From IMG/VR virus record IMGVR_UViG_3300025771_003046: a DNA stretch of 20,000 nucleotides; one strand, written 5' to 3'. Source of the stretch: an uncultured virus (IMG/VR IMGVR_UViG_3300025771_003046) (Duplodnaviria > Heunggongvirae > Uroviricota > Caudoviricetes). A program made the position numbers and the translations under genes. Shown here in pieces: positions 19,201 to 20,000 of the stretch (positions are counted from its first letter, which is position 1; each line of letters starts with the position of its first letter). Below the pieces are notes generated by a model. That model was not told the DNA's origin. It saw nothing but the letters and a program-made list of their open reading frames with translations, and did not search any database.

Positions 19201-20000
19201 ACAACAGGTGCAGTAGTAGTTCAAGGTGGTATTGGTATATCTGAAAATATACATGCAGGAGGCACTTTGACGTTAACTGGACTTGCATCACTAGCAACTG
19301 GCATAAATGTTAATAATGATTTTGTAGTAGATGCAGACGGCAATACTGACTTGTCAAGTGGTGCAACACTAACAGTTGACGGTGAAGTAAACTTTAATGG
19401 CGGTCTTGTAATGGACACTGACAGGTTTACTGTAGCAAACGGTTCCGGTAATGTCGCAACGGCTGGCACACTTGATGTAAGTGGGAATACTACACTAACA
19501 TCTGTTACTACATCAGGAATGGCTTCATTAAATGCAGGCATTGAAGTAGACACAACGAAGTTTACTGTAGACGGCGGCACAGGTGCTGTTGTTACACAAA
19601 GTACTTTAACAGTTGACGGCATCACTACGCTTAATTCAGATCTATCTGTAACAGGAAGTAATGATATAAGAATAATTGACGCTCTTACTGCAAATGTATT
19701 TGAAGTAAACGGAACAACAGGCGCAACACTGATTACAGGTAACCTTACAATGGACGGATCTGTAGGCGCAGGTAATCTTGACATAGGTGGCAACTTTACA
19801 GTAGCAAATGCAACAGGTAATACAGACATAACAGGTACATTAGATGTAACTGGTGATACTACAGTAGATGTGTTTAGTGCAGGTACAAGCACATTAGGTA
19901 CAACTTCTATTACTGGTACATCTCTAACAGTAGGTTCTGACTTTACTGTAACAGGAACAAATGGTGTAACTGAAATAGGTGGTATGTTAAGTGCAGATGG
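1252..20000 (+). CDS. Giant (>6,249 aa, 3'-truncated) repetitive tail-fibre-like / virion fibre protein
   Basis: ATG 1252 with GGGAG SD at 1237-1241. Frame +1 has no stop through base 20000 (begins MSFISTTRVIENNQEVLFEGP, ends ...GVTEIGGMLSAD), with strong A/T bias at third codon positions. Fibre-type motifs: AYFTRARARESISVTGDLIYDVNTGVLS, DADTVDG, IDNTTIGATTP, GxLTVxGxxTTVN...DxxIxL...AGI, STTTGALxVxGGVGI, DLEIYHDGSNSYI, YDLGSSxxxWR. No signal peptide is evident. The CDS itself is near-certain; the fibre function is inferred. Confidence 0.92.
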   Translation, partial: MSFISTTRVIENNQEVLFEGPLDKESNVHTVAVLNEGVSPNSTTDPIKVTLSLYDASEPATRPFAILEVAPGTDAQYTKVINIRPGDQLRAETDGGEVTIMIGAFVDEDTLVTSIFNITGQYDHTVTYQPYDVAYYLGSTYVNTTVDQTAVYPTQVNGGWTPLGSGFNAYGEFDPLVLYPPLSVVKWANNVYVTVTGSPVGVYPNDYNSTWISFTSLTSDEIPDTSGVSANVAASITILNNRLNTLTTTEVPEASDADLEAASGFENAYFTRARARESISVTGDLIYDVNTGVLSAQTLTQDDVNIFIDNRVSKSFVDALGVDADTVDGIEGTVLARTDISPTFSQNIIVSGEMRGDLRGNVLADDSSIIINHATKEINGRFEGTLIAANSDVILNTGIDGFDATFTGTTFGEHRGDVLSDDSNVIIDASSGLISGDLEGNVTATFGVSRFNDIITDNIIVQEELQVANILGNITSTGVSTFNNVDINGGYIDNAVINTTNITGTTIVGTYIEAQTGGFRGDILSTGTSRFNDLIVTGDLTFNTLEVQALADFKSLVNIDGGLTVGGTLNVTGGTTFGNINVTGGQISGVTLGSGSYPVDIVADDVTILNSFTATDVTAEFSTLIVTDEMTGDVSGNLRGNVLSQDGTTVIIDAFAGIIRGDLVGDTVGQHTGNVDGNVVGNVTGNVTAAAGLSSFSSMNAQIGDIAALEAGSLTVTGAASFTGDLTFDTLQIASLAVNNTLTVSGISTLGSVDIGGGTMDAVTIGGNVPASVTGTIFTGDKMFADLFTGSLKGVVEGSVEGDLYGNVLGLDSSIVLNTSTARATLDADVTGQIDATANGGGESRFDDITITGVFSLQGGGQLTGDLTGNVVGDVTGDVYASNGDKILETGNGTTIPAKLTGNVEGEVLGTFTGTASGDFTGDVFAYDSTKMLDAFSNILRGDLVGNVSGNVLGDLTGNVNTTGTQSDGFFRNLTVEDTLTFPSLNISTIDSDNIDVDNAILDVVTIGAGITTGTIDNTTIGATTPRGGVFTTLQGAIIEASSEFRGNIVSSGSSRFNELIVTGDFVANLRGDIIAEDSSVIVNNATKTFYGTLQGTTVGTLQGNVIATSGLSEFNSINVAQEISGTLRGDVVAPDSTLLIDISSQNINGNVITATGGFSGEITGTLVGDIKATGGQVVLDSGTDGTDATFAGNVTGNVLNTLGETVLDANAERLTGTLAGNVYAIDGISQILDSGTDGTDAVFTGQVIGDVTGNVTASSGVSNFNNIVIANEAVGNFKGNVLAADSSVLVNYLDSSITAATITATGNFVGDVIGNVDTRTVDVNTRSYFQNITVLGEIDLSGASGNITADIEGTLKGNVVSTTGDPNAADVLLLDAAGRSILNMASISSNEFTGDEFIGDFLGDLYSADGSFRVLDTGATGNQAYYIGDMRGNVQGNLLGDDSSVIVNYVSGDINGRVVSSSQGFQGKIEDPNNNMSSLYDLTIRNNLFVEGTTTTVNTDNLDIKDNTIVLNKGQSDGVTGVVLGTAGIQIDRGNGVDANLLWTEDGGAGYWDFTNTAQVRGAFRGNVTGDVYSPFNSGTPILDTGTATLPATYIGNVVGDIEGNVTVGAGLSSFFSVNVEEEIAGNLRGNVLANDSTKIIDFINSNIYGATISATAGFSGDVFGNIDARGESSASYSYFQNLSVSGDIQFDSLNIATLEVGTDLNVGNNVDVTGQITAGSVDIAGGEIDGTIIGSNVASAASVTTLTVTTGDINVTQGTINITQGNLSADTIFAVTDFRGNLVGNVTGSLSGGTVTGDVYGNLYRPGGTTPVLNTGTGGVEPRLYGNVTGNVTGDVLGDVTGNVQGVLYGSVISEDSTTTIVNASSGLITGDINSSGTSTFNNIVVEGALDFTTFALNEITVNTLLQVDGTANLTVANIFAGNIDNTRIGVTTPSTIKGTVIEATTKFVGDIAGEVDGNVTGDLRGNIIGEDSSVIVDNDLKRFTGNLLGDVYTTDGVTLFNILDSGTDGTDASIIADVKTPLGATIVDTSAATVTATGGFTGQIDASAPGTSQFHTVTVSNNLSVPGTVNVTQTVEASGGIENTSIGAGNTESTGAFTSITTTGAVTVGGDLIVQGNTVTLNTSTLDVEDLNITVAKGAANAAAADGAGLTVDTAGAWIQYKNPSDQWRFNKDIDLTTENVRLLGNITSTGVSNFSGTANFSGTVDMAGATINNSTFQNMDVAATSEFSGNMTLDTAANFTMINAAGTPVTVFSIDGSNGNTTISQGGQFEILDTLSASMFSVDGGTGNTLVTGTLGVDGIVSINNTTGSTTTTTGALIVDGGVGIAENLFIGGNLDVAGNAVISGNLTFGDAATDTVAFGADINSSIIPDINNTYDLGSSAQAWRELYLTQNINFKGATGDNEIIVPTNLFDALSIKDDANTSIIDVETTTGAPVVKINPNTTVAGTLDVTGETTLASAIISDVNPSRVVLSGGSKEISYSDQFTYSAGAGVIDVDITGSLAVDNLTFDGNTISSTDSNGAIILDPQGSGVVTVNANTTISGTFTSTGLASLDNGIDVNGAVFTVSNTGAVNTTSTLDVTGLASLDGGIDVDGAFTVANTTGNITTSGTLDITGTTTLRNTVGIQGITTISNANDASNATSGALIVSGGAGIAKKLFVAGDFEVGTNRFNVAATTGDTTVAGDFTVTSGTAFLDGGINVDSGAFIVANTTGDITTLGDISIADSKKLLIGTGNDLEIFHDGSNSFIKDVGAGNLTIATDVLTLTKGDGTKTTAVLDADGATELYYNNTKRFETTLVGADVTGTFNTSGLATLDSAVISDLPANRIVYTSGANGRLISTADFVIDGTSLNVGSNNFVVTAATGNTAIVGTLDVTGETTVGNLVADDIKLGDGEKIQFGNAQDLEIYHDGSNSYIHESGTGGLILRSANSILFQDATSTKTAMSLTANGSQILYHNDVQRFQTTVSGADITGDVDISGTLDVDGNFQVGTSRFNVEATTGNTQIDGTLTADGLTTLNGGITADGGVFTVADGTGNIATSGTLNVTGDTTLSTLTATSDVTVQGDLTVEGNLTTVNATEINVSDKNITLGGTTTTLSALNNSGITIGGTLGAGSNPALTYTYTGVSPNQVERFNLNRELIVDKVHGDIKGNVYASDDTSIILNAGTNGNDAIFKGDVYSTTDTLIIDSGASIDDATFYGNIDLRTETNYGNTPSTGTTSYFNNLDVAGTLSMANASIGTLSGNLVGDIYASNGTSLILDNGTNGTDASFQGSIKNDNGTVIIQNGSTGVAATFTGKLVGDVDSSGISYFNNMYANVINAFLDGDISGSVLGEDSVMMLDAGARTLSVTDVQTSTITASSYLSGDVRGDIYNNNGTQKILETGGTATDAAIFTGRVDASNAINTTSNFNNVDATGIFTGVLGAVGNTANAFVNDLTVDSVATFTGVVNALTSAVNINSVNIDGGTIDGTVIGAATPAAITGTTVTANTGFVGNITGNITGDLDARGLGGTTFIDDLVMGPGTNAAIDTATITTLNASTLVLTNLALSGDLDVLTGTGTFQNLEVTAGGNIVGLATLGTSASPVASSVITTIDVSAGDIVGLSTLGTSASPVIAADIDTAVIDDVTSVTVRADNFTITNTGDSAHKFTGPLEGNITSAGTSTFTGTVSLSGATVVLADNQLSGDKIDGGVIGNADLLGNGTSNTISGYDITVTGALDLTGATVTYDNDSISGDKVSGGTIDAANITGGAGKTLDGYDITVGAGRTLTVNGSTSVATLAASALVELDGGFNVNDDFVVDVDGNTRLNAAANFEIWNAAGTPVKVFDIVGSTGATTIANTLDVVGPVSITTGTGSTSTSTGSLTVTGGVGISENAFVGGDLDVAANAQLSGTLDVDGVTNINNTLTVDSLASLDGGIAVSDGAAGDAFTVAVTTGNVVTTGTLDVTGLSSLDGGIDVNGSNYTVSAAGAVTQASTLDVSGDVTLLQSANFEIFDAGVGSNSTFAVNGADGNTQIAGTLGVDGLASLNASLTVTGLTTTDTAVVNNTLNVTGATTLDGTFAVQNAGADVFTVADATGNTVISGTLQAGNTTVADVTATGTGTITGNFDVNTTAFTVAAATGNTDILGDLAVNTTALTVAAATGNTTVGGTLDVAGDTNFNSTTGSTLSTNGAVVIDGGLGVAENINFGGVLKTTTATASTDTVTGSIVTAGGVGIAGALNVGGVTHISQTVDATSASDGALFVDGGVGIAKKLFVGTDLDVTGSVQIDTDLNVTGNTVITGNLTVNGASTTINAATLDVEDKDIRVASNVDTLLGANNAGLIIGSTNVGDVANGGNAGETNVTFTYNATDDSLDSNVDIQAPTFIGNLTGDVTGSATIGVGKTLDVDGAFNVNASSGNLDNVVIGGVTRADASVHTLTTRNINVDSGYDVTLTSGDVTITAGDFVATTGNISATSGTISGDIFVAGTEFRGDLTTVDGGTGVNLFESTGVAVSTGNITTTTGDFTSTSGDFTTGTGNISTSSGDITTTTGDINGQIITANTKVIGQIGTDASTASDMNDAFVSTLYSNTTITSSGNTDVGGNLTVTGTSNFDDAVTISNNLTITGPGGVDAQGDPNLSTATFQNIVVTGSFTVDTLTIDDFTVGDELAVLGDTTLSGNLTVNSGVTTLSSVDIAGGAMDGVTIGGDGVTPAANITGAALTGTSLTTTTGNVTLNSGNIVVTQGNITTTAGEIRSPVGGFVGQIDATATGTSSFDNVLVNDDLTVNGKVFSVASAASGFVGDLYSNNSGGTPIKILQAGTTLGTAMYTGNVTGIVGDSANRNTGHFSTLDATQSNLATVDIDGGTIDGVTFTAGTLVDTPIGQTGTPQNATVSNLVSNTIRVNSSTANTIDGVTIGDTQRRPGNFTTLDANTSITVGSVVGSINSTPIGDSIASTITGTTITASTRFEGVLQGDIQSTSGGVGLPAGTLLIDSSTRNISNIVDFTSETVEATTITATQTTNGFQGDLTGDVIGQIGTSTLADRNNAFFTNVDILGDVDIDGDITLAATHSITGIIDGLAGSDITGAFTLETGQTADLSGGTLTLANDQISGDAIEGGTIGNITISNLTSPNITITGGTLQGVDATSFDIDGGTIINTSIGQSGSAQNIKGATIESTTGFVGQINSTGGGGGTSNFDIITVAGTSTFTGNATFGNLSGALTGSFTGGATITSGTFSNIQIASSTQINSSAFIGPLSGDVTGGGTGTVSTFNRINVQGGPAETSQISNLTVGTFATNAATITGGNITNTTIGGATGTGSFPGYFSLIEATGAITAGTQFIGDMNNPNTVNQDDSSADFTQGYFTDLRVKNFETDTIIINSDQEFSNVLITGDLTVNEDVLIKGDLETEQNFITINKNETGNAGISGAGNAGIIFERGNGVGIQDASLIFSESGGNPEYEFSQFKVVASEFEAPLFSGNITAALGTSTFNNITVNNSANLGNSVTIAGGNIDNTVIGNGTQASIDGTTIKAHVEFQGDLDTTNGVNGNIDTITLDATGLITARAGVDVTGGTIDGEGRFTTGTTIDAGTHIRNTPIGVDVAGISGRAVGYFNALEATTIISTLGITGNITGDVTGSIDDRNTIGEVPLNPPSLTENLNMNLSQFDRVSVLGHLTMGTDTYIKAVNLDVSGIFNVNDLDIGATLDVAGNFTVGSGTPKKLDVNAATGAMTHNGAFTTSGTATFDGDINANANVTIGSDATDELIINAVIDSDILTKTDGAYDIGTVSTRWGHVYADNATFTDDVAIGGNLTVTGSVTQTNVDQINIADNIIVLNGQESSNVISASTAGIEISRGTGSNASFLYDEGLSSWTLTGATSKLTVDEVRADIEATDGTTIVDISSKTIDMVGVDTDTLTVNLGATIGTTLAVSGLSTLAQAKVQDLAQDHIPLAGLDGRLNTNANFRFDGVDFDIGAAGSETFKVAVASGNTDIQGTLFVDKQTTIKGNNLGASSTTTGAVVVQGGIGISENIHAGGTLTLTGLASLATGINVNNDFVVDADGNTDLSSGATLTVDGEVNFNGGLVMDTDRFTVANGSGNVATAGTLDVSGNTTLTSVTTSGMASLNAGIEVDTTKFTVDGGTGAVVTQSTLTVDGITTLNSDLSVTGSNDIRIIDALTANVFEVNGTTGATLITGNLTMDGSVGAGNLDIGGNFTVANATGNTDITGTLDVTGDTTVDVFSAGTSTLGTTSITGTSLTVGSDFTVTGTNGVTEIGGMLSAD
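1597..1890 (+). repeat. Two tandem 51-aa aromatic-rich repeats resembling CBM5/12 (ChtBD3-like) small beta modules, inside the giant ORF
   Basis: FNITGQYDHTVTYQPYDVAYYLGSTYVN..VYP....GW (from 1597) aligns with FNAYGEFDPLVLYPPLSVVKWANNVYVT..VYP....TW (from 1750); both the F and the W anchors are 153 nt apart. Confidence 0.6.
2311..7560 (+). repeat. Shaft block type A of the giant ORF: 4-residue G[DN][VLI]x runs, G[DN]VxxxDSSx[IL][IV][DN] and LDxGTDGTDAxFxG repeats
   Basis: About 12 DSS-type copies (near 2329, 2497, 3169, 3667, 4015, 4465, 4639, 5089, 5560, 6142, 6805, 7153). GTDGTDA copies near 4789, 4948 and 7267. GNVxGNVxG runs at 3268-3315 and 6733-6810. Confidence 0.8.
7960..10430 (+). 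repeat. Shaft block type B of the giant ORF: ~30-aa LDGGIxV..FTVAxxTGNxxxxGTLDVTG repeats with inserted modules
   Basis: Examples are ASLDGGIDVDGAFTVANTTGNITTSGTLDITG (9010-9105) and TLNGGITADGGVFTVADGTGNIATSGTLNVTG (10300-10395). The same repeat type recurs at about 12600-14070 and 18900-20000. Confidence 0.8.
13732..14022 (+). repeat. Three tandem 34-aa STxxxxGAxxxxGGVGIAxxLxVGG repeats
   Basis: Copies start at 13732, 13834 and 13936 (102-nt period); single copies lie at 8188, 9169, 12805 and 19189. Confidence 0.8.
14722..14841 (+). repeat. Heptapeptide tandem repeat G[DN][IF]xTxx
   Basis: GNITTTT GDFTSTS GDFTTGT GNISTSS GDITTTT GDING; shorter runs near 6508, 14542 and 15364. Confidence 0.75.

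Noticed and set aside
2367..19892. About 27 minus-strand ORFs of 60-328 aa in the supplied track
   Set aside because: All lie antisense to the giant + strand ORF, nearly all in one register, and their Pro/Val/Ser/Thr-rich text (e.g. PVTLP, VPSVPES) is the reverse complement of GNVTG and DSGTDGT codons. They are shadow ORFs.
1252..20000. Alternative genetic code (TAG/TGA recoding) as seen in some large phages
   Set aside because: There is no in-frame TAG or TGA in more than 6,200 codons, and the genes read fully under the standard code.
1252..20000. Bacterial adhesin (autotransporter, filamentous haemagglutinin, RTX) or ice-nucleation protein
   Set aside because: No signal peptide, TPS domain, GGxGxD nonapeptide array or AGYGST octamers are visible, and neighbours and motifs look phage-like. 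It cannot be fully excluded because the C-terminus is outside the window.

Overview
AT-rich, gene-dense window with all credible genes on the + strand. It most likely comes from the virion-structural region of a large T4-like or jumbo aquatic phage; this is inferred from fibre motifs recognised from memory, a T4-late-like ATAAATA box and the absence of signal peptides. It holds the 3' end of a small gene (<1-83), two small structural or adaptor-like genes (76-723 and 805-1248), and one giant ORF missing from the supplied track because it has no stop codon in the window. That ORF starts at ATG 1252 and stays open in frame +1 to base 20000 (>6,249 codons; I translated it by hand and found no stop). 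The protein is Gly/Thr/Val/Asp/Asn/Ser/Ile/Ala-rich with no Cys seen, and is built from a small set of recurring tail-fibre-like modules: two alternating shaft types punctuated by six copies of a 'knuckle' module. The many minus-strand ORFs are antisense shadows of this gene. I found no RNA genes, CRISPR arrays or mobile elements.
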